Virus record (IMG/VR): IMGVR_UViG_3300020413_000037
Span: 1 to 32,855 of that record
DNA length: 32,855 bases
From: a virus
Taxonomy: Duplodnaviria > Caudoviricetes
Reading direction: 5' to 3' (one strand)
Every line of letters begins with the position of its first letter. The stretch's first letter is position 1. Below, piece after piece: positions 9,501-16,720 of the stretch. The notes under the pieces were generated by a model, which saw nothing but the letters and a program-made list of their open reading frames with translations, searched no databases and was not told the origin of the DNA. Both the position numbers and the translations under genes were made by a program.

Positions 9501-11890
9501 AATTCTGGAATATCTGCTTCAGCAACTTCTGAATTACCAGCAATTTTAATATAAATTTTCTTAAATGTTGATTCAACGTTTGCTGCTCTAGCAGCTTCAT
9601 ATGCAGTCACAGTATGACCGACATCAATTTCAGTAATATTAACAAGTGAATCACTCTCAGAGTTAATTCCTCTAGGTGGTACAAGTCCAATTACATATCC
9701 ACCAGAATCTTGAGCAAATGCATTTGGTCTGTGTGATACAGCTTTTAATGCACAGTTACCAAAGTTAGAGTTTGAGTTAGTGATTGACATATCACCACCT
9801 GACTCAGCAAGGAAGTGATCTGCATTACCAACAGCAAACACGGATACAACTTGTAAGAATCCATCGTTAGATGCTTTAATATGGTAATGTCTCCAATCAT
9901 CTCTGTATACAGAATCAGGATCAACTCTATATTCTATACTATCAGCATTATTTTGAAGAGTTCCTTGTGCAAGGTTAGTACCAACAAATGCTCTGTTATC
10001 TTTCTGTAGTGCAATACCAGTGTATTGAGCAAGAACCATCGATTTGAAACCAGTTGCTCTCGAACCATCAGCATGCAAACCATTCATACCAAATACTGAT
10101 CTTAATGAACAGTTAAAGATATATGGAGAAGCAGAACCAACTGTATCAGAAACACCAGCGGTTGCAACTGAACCAACAATTCTATTTTCTTCGATTCTCT
10201 GAATATAGTCTTCAGAAGAAGGTGCAGTAGCAGGAGTAGTTCTTGTGACACTCGCAAGACTAGATGGTGTACTAATAGTATTAGTAACAATTCCAAATAA
10301 AGTTGTAATTGAAGATCTTACGTTAGCACATGATGCAGCATCAGTATTTGATCCTGTTGATGGATCAGCAGTAATTGTTAAATCTTTAACCTGTGTAAGT
10401 GCTGTCTGTCCAGATACAACTGTAACATCTACGTTATTGATAACTTGTAAAGCGATATTTCTTGCTTCGTTAAATGCGTATACTGATTCAGTTTCTTCAC
10501 CAACTAAGTGTTGTAATGCACCACCATTTACATAAAGGTTTGAAGCATCCCAAACTTTATTGTTTGAACCATAACCTACGTTATAAGCAACTGCTTCAAC
10601 AACATCTTCGATATCATCCTCACAATTTGCTCTACCGCCAGGCACACTGAAACTAGTGAAGTTTGCAAGCATTCTACTTACAGCAACTTCAGCAATAAAT
10701 CTTTTATTTGCTTCTAAAAGTGTTTTTGCATCACCTTGACGATTTCCAACTAAAACTACGTCATCAAGAACACTATATTTGTCAATTTTAGTATAGTAGT
10801 TAGTTAAAGCTGGTGAACTCGCATATTCAAATACAGTTAATTTATGATGAGAACATGGGAATACGTCAGCACCACTATTAGTATAAGTTGCACTTGCAGA
10901 CTTATATGGTGCAGTTTTATTACTGTCTTTAAATGTAAGTTGCCAGAAGTAACATCCACCAGTTACATTAAACATTGCAGCTCTACCAGCTGAAGCATCA
11001 ACAGGAGAAGGAATATATGATGGTCTACAAATAGTTTTTCTTAAGTCAAGACCTACAAGTGATGTACCACGAGGAACAATCACACCACCATTTTCGTCAT
11101 TAAATCTATAAATGTTACTCATTAGAGTATCATCAGTATATGAACTCTCTATTAAAACACTAGCATTTGATCCATCTCCAGGCCTGTTATCAATTTCATA
11201 CTCGCCAGGAAATATAACAATTGTGAAATACTCAAATAAATCAGCACCATATTCTCCAGCTTCATCGCCAGGGCCATTTACCCAAGATTGTTTTGCGGCT
11301 TCAAGTAACGCTCTTTGTATACTTTTAAAAGGTTTGTTTAAGTTTCTACCATTATTTGCTAAAGAGTCAGTTGATAAAGTATCATTTGCACTTACATAGA
11401 TATTTCTAAGACTATTCGTAATATTAATTGAAGAACCTACAGTTCCAGTAGGAAGAACCAAACCTGTTGCATTAACAGTTAATTTTACAGTACCATTTGA
11501 AACAAAATCAATTTGTCCATCGCCACCACTGAATATACCAGTATCATTATCATTATTATAAGCTAAAGATGGATTGGAAACACTACCTTGTGGAACGATA
11601 AGTTGTTTTCCAGATGCTACGTCTAAGCTATTATTTTTAAATGTGACAATTGTAGATCCGTTAAACTTAAATGGTGCATCTGCGCCTGAAGGAAAATTAA
11701 ATCCATCAGGACCAATACTTAATACTGTAGTTCCATTTGATGTAAAATCAGTATAACCAGCGTTACTACTATAAAGTCCAGTATCTTCATCATTCTGCCA
11801 TGCTATTGAAGGATCTCCAGTAAGTCCTCCTGACAAAACAATTTCAACTCCCTTCGCTATGCCACGAGTTGTTACTTGAGTTAAAGCCAT
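6599..11890 (-). CDS. Very large virion structural/tail-fibre-like protein with a phycobiliprotein-like insertion
   Basis: 1763 aa. N-terminal PSIAW/PSLAY...DTGLY/DTGIF fibre repeats, then NGRNLNKPFKSIQRAL and SPYIFNCSLRS (beta-helix-like), then RASGHTWEYVGFGPGNYSTGLP; helical insertion at aa ~387-540; late promoter upstream. Confidence 0.8.
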   Translation of the reverse strand: MALTQVTTRGIAKGVEIVLSGGLTGDPSIAWQNDEDTGLYSSNAGYTDFTSNGTTVLSIGPDGFNFPSGADAPFKFNGSTIVTFKNNSLDVASGKQLIVPQGSVSNPSLAYNNDNDTGIFSGGDGQIDFVSNGTVKLTVNATGLVLPTGTVGSSINITNSLRNIYVSANDTLSTDSLANNGRNLNKPFKSIQRALLEAAKQSWVNGPGDEAGEYGADLFEYFTIVIFPGEYEIDNRPGDGSNASVLIESSYTDDTLMSNIYRFNDENGGVIVPRGTSLVGLDLRKTICRPSYIPSPVDASAGRAAMFNVTGGCYFWQLTFKDSNKTAPYKSASATYTNSGADVFPCSHHKLTVFEYASSPALTNYYTKIDKYSVLDDVVLVGNRQGDAKTLLEANKRFIAEVAVSRMLANFTSFSVPGGRANCEDDIEDVVEAVAYNVGYGSNNKVWDASNLYVNGGALQHLVGEETESVYAFNEARNIALQVINNVDVTVVSGQTALTQVKDLTITADPSTGSNTDAASCANVRSSITTLFGIVTNTISTPSSLASVTRTTPATAPSSEDYIQRIEENRIVGSVATAGVSDTVGSASPYIFNCSLRSVFGMNGLHADGSRATGFKSMVLAQYTGIALQKDNRAFVGTNLAQGTLQNNADSIEYRVDPDSVYRDDWRHYHIKASNDGFLQVVSVFAVGNADHFLAESGGDMSITNSNSNFGNCALKAVSHRPNAFAQDSGGYVIGLVPPRGINSESDSLVNITEIDVGHTVTAYEAARAANVESTFKKIYIKIAGNSEVAEADIPEFYETDSSGNVTKAELLISGLDYNLGKRKYSDTNPEAVYAFLPKSADDATSQLFAARLRARDTSNLGTNKDPATTQNSVTTKNDKRTYYGWEYTQTVSGVDKGRVCLLVSDGRADGTINATGIPVAYDNITSNGATYADLTSGATNAIVNARPCNSAGTFLTTAQLGGRSSQIRVYVNVDSTSKAITAINQYDPAGNDLETGSGFSNNDYLRLLDGAGTSLGIRSGTGPVVFQINGVTSVTSGSFSSENIKPFGYIPFASIGTRYGAITDDVVLTSQASTSLALLRRLTQRRDTNGDNQTSSADNYEFDANTSSNIYIKRLQDNRASFGNGEFLWRIIYKMPKGSAGSQELKAPEPRFTLQLRDTNATYPFTYTSTNNFPRSFYIYNVEPLIEYVHTSRDGYYMLTVLDGNVNTKEDGSTFGNTITYGVQTTSGTSYTVADTTVTGLGVSQNINYLYPEIDLDNPKWNPRPSVSRYRDDVGNTIPRDNNLTTHGYDRITQYSLTSEATLKFLNEVLAGGTISANLTNELVLTSIFPSYSTMTEAAMIAPYTADAGSTDSKDDYGVNKAAVTSYANDIPTFSDRVILLDSNVTSSTTAGIPVNLHRPSILRASGHTWEYVGFGPGNYSTGLPRFQTKVLSLQKQVNAQQIEGAGGFVASSGTNSNGDFFIGNQVIDTKGNKSSTLNFPKVKTSADNKLINFADVGSLSSNSSTSSFNPSSFSATLTESLATLQQAQQNSFKTANLEATTATINTLKVQSKIEIASTVFQDTANFPASSQTQFGFVQRAQQDWEDLSKTTSDWTAQADRFVSPHDLDAWATKNAFITTVPIVWPLGLSDIPASGSYSAASAAGSVTDADSLKLTSNFTFTPLGSSTDTRWYSGNITNLVLGTITNIANYNGRSGQIYVSYPSQVQLGGIHPTNTWSPVSLNFRGIDDTDGSPVNYLKGTVFLITYYINEGKAVYVTNVIS

Positions 11891-11934
11891 GTTTGATAAA
11901 ACCCGTTAAAATTGCGTTATTTCTAATCAAAAAC

Positions 11935-11942
11935 TATTTATA
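11935..11942 (-). promoter_or_regulatory. T4-type late promoter TATAAATA
   Basis: Exact match, 44 nt upstream of the 1763-aa gene. Confidence 0.75.
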
Positions 11943-12300
11943 ACGTAGGAGACTCCTTTATTTCTTCATTAACTTTAGCGGTTGCTTCTTGAAAATCTTC
12001 ATAATCAAATAATTTAAAGGATTTACCTGTAAAATGATTATGTACGAAAATACGATTACCCCAAGCAACTGGTGTAAAGCTTATACTATAGTATCCAGAA
12101 TTTATATCATATATTGGAACTGGAGCACCAGCGTCCAAAGTTTTTTGTTGAATTTGTTTTTGTGTTTCGTTAAATTCTTCACTTTTTAACTGGTCTTCAA
12201 CAATCAATTTATTTTGTTCATCTATCCAATCTAAAAATTTACCTTCAATCTCAGAATCAAGAGAAAAGGTCATTCCTGTCACATCAGCAGTTTCTGTCAT
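11938..12300 (-). CDS. Hypothetical protein
   Basis: 120-aa ORF preceded by its own late promoter; no function recognised. Confidence 0.7.
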   Translation of the reverse strand: MTETADVTGMTFSLDSEIEGKFLDWIDEQNKLIVEDQLKSEEFNETQKQIQQKTLDAGAPVPIYDINSGYYSISFTPVAWGNRIFVHNHFTGKSFKLFDYEDFQEATAKVNEEIKESPTL

Positions 12301-12324
12301 TTCAAATATAAAGTGAATCTTTGT

Positions 12325-12332
12325 TATTTATA
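12325..12332 (-). promoter_or_regulatory. T4-type late promoter TATAAATA
   Basis: Exact match, 24 nt upstream of the ATG at 12300. Confidence 0.75.
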
Positions 12333-12333
12333 G

Positions 12334-12397
12334 AAAAAGGCTGGGACTCATTTTGGCCCAGAATTTTTTTCTCGACTTTCTGGTAATCAAAAGTCGA
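12334..12397 (-). terminator. Double hairpin, probable intrinsic terminator
   Basis: tcgacttt(12372-79)/aaagtcga(12390-97) and ctggg(12341-45)/cccag(12357-61); the latter is followed on minus by CCTTTTT. Confidence 0.6.
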
Positions 12398-12405
12398 ATT
12401 TTGCC

Positions 12406-12606
12406 TCAGAATACATACTCAACTCTGTCTGGATAATCTTCCAGTGTTTCATTGATGAAGTTACACATCTTGGTAAAGTCATCTGAGTCTGCTTCAATCA
12501 GTTCTATTAATTCGCCACCATCACCATACAATTTGATAGTTCTAGATAAAATATCTATTTTAACTTTTGATAGTTGACAGTCGGCTGGAATATCATCGAT
12601 ATTCAT
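12406..12606 (-). CDS. Small acidic hypothetical protein
   Basis: 66-aa ORF with its own sigma70-like promoter and downstream hairpins. Confidence 0.7.
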   Translation of the reverse strand: MNIDDIPADCQLSKVKIDILSRTIKLYGDGGELIELIEADSDDFTKMCNFINETLEDYPDRVEYVF

Positions 12607-12627
12607 AAGGTTTCTATTTCTGTAATA

Positions 12628-12656
12628 AGAGTACCATAAAACATGATGAGTGTCAA
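12628..12656 (-). promoter_or_regulatory. Sigma70-type (early) promoter
   Basis: TTGACA (12656-51), 17-nt spacer, TACTCT (12633-28) with a TG extended -10. Confidence 0.7.
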
Positions 12657-12659
12657 GTG

Positions 12660-15101
12660 TTACGCCATGAAATGAGGCCCACCAGCGAAGTTACAGTTAA
12701 GTGCAGCTTCAGTGTTCACTTTAATTGCAGCAACGTTCTCAATGTTTGCACCAGCAGTATTTTTATTAAATATACCTAAACCATTTCTTATCTTAGCACC
12801 TAAATTATTCTCACTCTTTACACCAACCTCTGTTTCTTGTCCAGCACCCACCAATGTTCTGTTTGTTGCACCAACAGTAGTCTCAGTTTCAGCACCAACT
12901 TTCATGTTTGTAGTCTTACCAACAACCAAATGAGTATCAGTACCAGCTGCAAACTTACCAGTTTGTCCAAGATTAAATTTAAGATCAGATAAACCAGCGA
13001 GTCTTAACTTATTCAATAGAATAAATTCATTGTGAAATGTAGAAATGTTATTGATTGATCCAGTTGCAACAGTATTCATTTCTGTACAGAAGTGAGAAAT
13101 AGTAGGAGCAAACATATCAATCTGTCCTGATCCAGAGATACCAACTTTAGAACCAGCAATTGCTAATCCATTTGCAGCAGATAGTTCTGAGTCATTTTCA
13201 TAGATTGTTTCATGTTCACCATTGTATGTAACTTTACTTTCTTTGTTCGCAAAGACATTGTATTGTCCACGAACTTCTAAATGATAGTTACCACCAACTT
13301 TTAAATGATAATCCCCACCTACATCTACGATCTGTGCTCCTTTAATAAATACTCTCTCGTCCTTGACTGTAACTTCTGTCTTAGTATTACTATTAGTAAT
13401 TCTTACATCACCATTGTCTTGAATATCAATACCTGATTTACTTGGGCCATGTGCAATCACAACTCTAGTAGATCCAGGCGTATCATCTTGAATGAAAACG
13501 TGACCAGATTCAGATGATTGTACAAACATCTTTGAATATTCTGGAGACCATCGGCCTGGAATGGTGCTAGTAATGCTGAGGGAGAACGGACTACAATTAT
13601 TTGCCGTGATAGGACACGATTCCCAATCAATATTAATAGGACCATCAGTGCTTCTATTACAACCAATTCCTAATAGATTTAAAATGAAAGAAACAATATT
13701 ACCAACAGTTGCCAACTCAGATAAATCTGTTAAATTTTTTATATTACCTACTGCTTTAATTAAATTTTGTATTGAATCAACAATATCTAATATTTGATTT
13801 GCAACTTCTACCAACTGAAAAATTGATCCAAAGATTTGATTAATACAATTCTCTGCAAAATTAAGAAAGTCAATTGCTTTTTGTGCAAGACTGTTCAACA
13901 TATTCTCGACAAATGCTTCAATGAATCCTTCAATACCACCCATGATGGCATCAACTAGAGATGAATCAAATGTACAACCAATCTGTCTAAGAACTTGTAG
14001 AATAATTTCAGTTACACCCTTTGCAAATAAAGGTATTGGACTGATCGCAGATAAACCAATTAAATTAAGTAACTTTGTTACTTGTTTCATTATAAATGAC
14101 TTTAGTTTATTAACAATATGCCATATTAAGTTTCTAATCTTTTCAAACGCAGATTGAATTGTCGATTGAATATCAATAACTTTATCGTTGAATTTACCTA
14201 CAAGTTCTCTAGGTGAATCAGTTTTTGGAAGATATTTTACAGCAGTTCCTTTCTTATGATCTTGATCTTTAGTTTTCTCCATACCTCTCTTAACGAGAGT
14301 CAAACCAAAAGAATTTTTTCCGTTATAACCAATAACCTCACTGCCAATCTTAACTTTACCTCTTGGCGGAAATGTAGATGAGTTTGATACAGGAATGAAT
14401 TGTTCCTCTGCATTTAACTCTTTTGTAAGTCTAGGATTACTAGAATTAGGATCATATATTGTACCAGTTTTAAATATATTGGCTAAATCATTAATGATTG
14501 TTGATATTTCTTTTGCAACAGTATTTTTTACACTATCTTTACCATCTGCAACTAACTTTGTAGTAACATAACCTGATGGATTTGATTCTGATTCTTCAAA
14601 TGATGAACTAGCAACATGACTATCTACTACACTTGTATCAAGATTCTCATCATTAGTTGTAACTGCTGCTAAATTTTGACCAGTCTCACTTGTATCTCCA
14701 CCTGTATTCGGTTCACTAATGTTTGCAGCACCAGGCCTATCAAATGCATTTTGAGATTTAGGTTCAATGACTGCTTTAACTTGACTAAACAAAGTACCCA
14801 TGACTATCGGTTGTTGATCGTCAGGATGATCTAAGAAAAATCCCATCACGAAACTGCCAGGCTTTAATTGGTTTGCAGAAACACCAACACCACTTACAGC
14901 AGCGTTAGTAGTTGGTTGCATTACAAGAGCCCAAGGAAGATCTGATGGTTTAGCATCAGGTCTGTGTCTGTTTAAGATGTTAACCTTAACTCTTCCTAGT
15001 TTTGCATCTCTATCATCAGCATTTACAACCGTACCTAACCACCAAGAAAAATCTTGATGACCTATAAAAGCTGGTGTTTCGAGGGTGGGATTAATTGACA
15101 T
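12660..15101 (-). CDS. gp5: Baseplate hub/central spike protein (T4 gp5 family)
   Basis: OB-fold N-terminus (FSWWLGTV, LGRVKV, DLPWA, VMGFFLD, QQPIVMG), SESGHVFIQDDTPG and C-terminal beta-helix repeats (VGGDYHLKVGGNYHLEVRG). Confidence 0.9.
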   Translation of the reverse strand: MSINPTLETPAFIGHQDFSWWLGTVVNADDRDAKLGRVKVNILNRHRPDAKPSDLPWALVMQPTTNAAVSGVGVSANQLKPGSFVMGFFLDHPDDQQPIVMGTLFSQVKAVIEPKSQNAFDRPGAANISEPNTGGDTSETGQNLAAVTTNDENLDTSVVDSHVASSSFEESESNPSGYVTTKLVADGKDSVKNTVAKEISTIINDLANIFKTGTIYDPNSSNPRLTKELNAEEQFIPVSNSSTFPPRGKVKIGSEVIGYNGKNSFGLTLVKRGMEKTKDQDHKKGTAVKYLPKTDSPRELVGKFNDKVIDIQSTIQSAFEKIRNLIWHIVNKLKSFIMKQVTKLLNLIGLSAISPIPLFAKGVTEIILQVLRQIGCTFDSSLVDAIMGGIEGFIEAFVENMLNSLAQKAIDFLNFAENCINQIFGSIFQLVEVANQILDIVDSIQNLIKAVGNIKNLTDLSELATVGNIVSFILNLLGIGCNRSTDGPINIDWESCPITANNCSPFSLSITSTIPGRWSPEYSKMFVQSSESGHVFIQDDTPGSTRVVIAHGPSKSGIDIQDNGDVRITNSNTKTEVTVKDERVFIKGAQIVDVGGDYHLKVGGNYHLEVRGQYNVFANKESKVTYNGEHETIYENDSELSAANGLAIAGSKVGISGSGQIDMFAPTISHFCTEMNTVATGSINNISTFHNEFILLNKLRLAGLSDLKFNLGQTGKFAAGTDTHLVVGKTTNMKVGAETETTVGATNRTLVGAGQETEVGVKSENNLGAKIRNGLGIFNKNTAGANIENVAAIKVNTEAALNCNFAGGPHFMA

Positions 15102-15104
15102 TAC

Positions 15105-15371
15105 TTAATCGTCATAAACTCTACATTCAAATGCATCAGGATGATTGTCGCAATAGATTTCTAAATGCTTATCCTCATGTCTTGTGTGCCAATCATTTAT
15201 CTTACCTTCATTTGGTTCTACCACATCATCTTTATGATATGTTTCATAATCAGCATGAACTTCTTCAAGTTCAGATTTTTTATACTCTAACATACCATGA
15301 TTGGTATGTTCTTTACCGTCTTTAGGATCAAGATAAACTTCATGATCTAAATCGTGTTTAATAGTAGTCAT
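15105..15371 (-). CDS. cp12: CP12-family Calvin cycle regulator
   Basis: C-terminal LEIYCDNHPDAFECRVYDD is the CP12 Cys-pair signature; AGGAG Shine-Dalgarno upstream. Confidence 0.85.
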   Translation of the reverse strand: MTTIKHDLDHEVYLDPKDGKEHTNHGMLEYKKSELEEVHADYETYHKDDVVEPNEGKINDWHTRHEDKHLEIYCDNHPDAFECRVYDD

Positions 15372-15382
15372 AGTTTTTGCTC

Positions 15383-16711
15383 CTATTTGTTTCCTAAGTT
15401 TACTTGTCGTCTAGTAGCTTCACTGTCAGGTAAAGATGTACCTCCATATGAATCTCTAGTTAGTGTTACTTTGGTATTCAACTTATCTCTATTTAGTGTA
15501 TGATGTACAGAGTTTACCAAGTAACGACCACTCATTCGTTTGTCTTCTTTAACATTGCCATTGTTTACGTTCGGAGATGGTATCGAAACATTAATAATGC
15601 TACCAGCACGAAGATCTAAATCGCCTGGAATTGCAATGTCAAGTTTATTATACTCCATAAAGTAAAATCTGTACAGAGCTTTTTCATACATCTTATTCTT
15701 TTGATCAACCCACTCGTCTTCAGTGAGTTCTCCCTTTTCTTCAAGGTCTTCCCATTTACCAAATGTATTCACAGTTGTAGGTCGATAGACCATTCTTCCA
15801 GAACCTAATGCAAAGTTGACAGGCGCATCAGTTCTGTATGGTTTAAGATCTCCTAGATGAACACTATCATCCCAGAAATCATCAGCAGTTGTTCTAAAAA
15901 TTCGATATGATCTTGTATTGATATCAACATAACAGGCATCATGAGCAAAACCTCCCGCTCTTGCATCATTAAACACATTAAATGCTTTTGGTGATGCATA
16001 TTTTTTAATTCTACGTTGTGTATCATCTATCGCAGCATTTGCTTGTACATAACTATACTTAACACTATTTGAAGGGTAAGGTGTTTGATTAAACAAAGTA
16101 TCTACAGATTTAAAGTTATATTTTTCAAAACCCTCCCAGAATAAGTATCCAACAGAATCTTTATGTTCAGTTGCAACTGTTCTTGGTCTAAACCATGCAC
16201 AAGTATCAAAGAATCTCCAGTTTGGTACATACATATCAAACTTGTGAAGAGTCTCATCAAAATTGAGTTTCTTTTCAGTAATAACCTCTAACTTATCTGA
16301 TACAAATTCATGTGCTTTAACACCATCTAATCTTTCTGTGATTCTATATGTTTCATTGACTAGTGCTTCTCGACTACAACAATGTAAGATATAGACTTGA
16401 TTCTTCTCCATCATAGTTCTACCATCTACACTATAGACAACGAACTCTAATGTATATGAGGTCTTAGCGGTTGATACAACCATTCTAATTTTTTCCTGAC
16501 CCATGATAGGAAGTTTTTCTATCAAGTTCTCACCAATATCTTGCATAACTACACTACAATATAAACTTGTAGATAGAACACTCTCTTTAATATTAATTTC
16601 AGCAATCAACTCCTTAATATCTATAGCCGATCCAGCATACTCTGAACCCTTTGCTACAGGAGTTAGAGTAATACTCTTTAATTTAAAATCGCCTTCAAAT
16701 TGTTGTGTCAT
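15383..16711 (-). CDS. Baseplate hub protein (gp27/phage late D-like)
   Basis: 442 aa with LPIMGQEKI, YLFWE...FKSVDTL, IPGDLDLRAG and MSGRYLVNSVHH; adjacent to gp5. Confidence 0.75.
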   Translation of the reverse strand: MTQQFEGDFKLKSITLTPVAKGSEYAGSAIDIKELIAEINIKESVLSTSLYCSVVMQDIGENLIEKLPIMGQEKIRMVVSTAKTSYTLEFVVYSVDGRTMMEKNQVYILHCCSREALVNETYRITERLDGVKAHEFVSDKLEVITEKKLNFDETLHKFDMYVPNWRFFDTCAWFRPRTVATEHKDSVGYLFWEGFEKYNFKSVDTLFNQTPYPSNSVKYSYVQANAAIDDTQRRIKKYASPKAFNVFNDARAGGFAHDACYVDINTRSYRIFRTTADDFWDDSVHLGDLKPYRTDAPVNFALGSGRMVYRPTTVNTFGKWEDLEEKGELTEDEWVDQKNKMYEKALYRFYFMEYNKLDIAIPGDLDLRAGSIINVSIPSPNVNNGNVKEDKRMSGRYLVNSVHHTLNRDKLNTKVTLTRDSYGGTSLPDSEATRRQVNLGNK

Positions 16712-16720
16712 TTAATTATT

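Noticed and set aside
369-11890. Diversity-generating retroelement or invertible tail-fibre system
   Set aside because: No reverse transcriptase or recombinase, and I saw no near-identical TR/VR nucleotide repeats; the duplications present are diverged at protein level.
446-14157. Numerous 60-130 aa ORFs antisense to or nested in structural genes
   Set aside because: Shadow frames of long, well-supported CDSs with biased composition and no expression signals.
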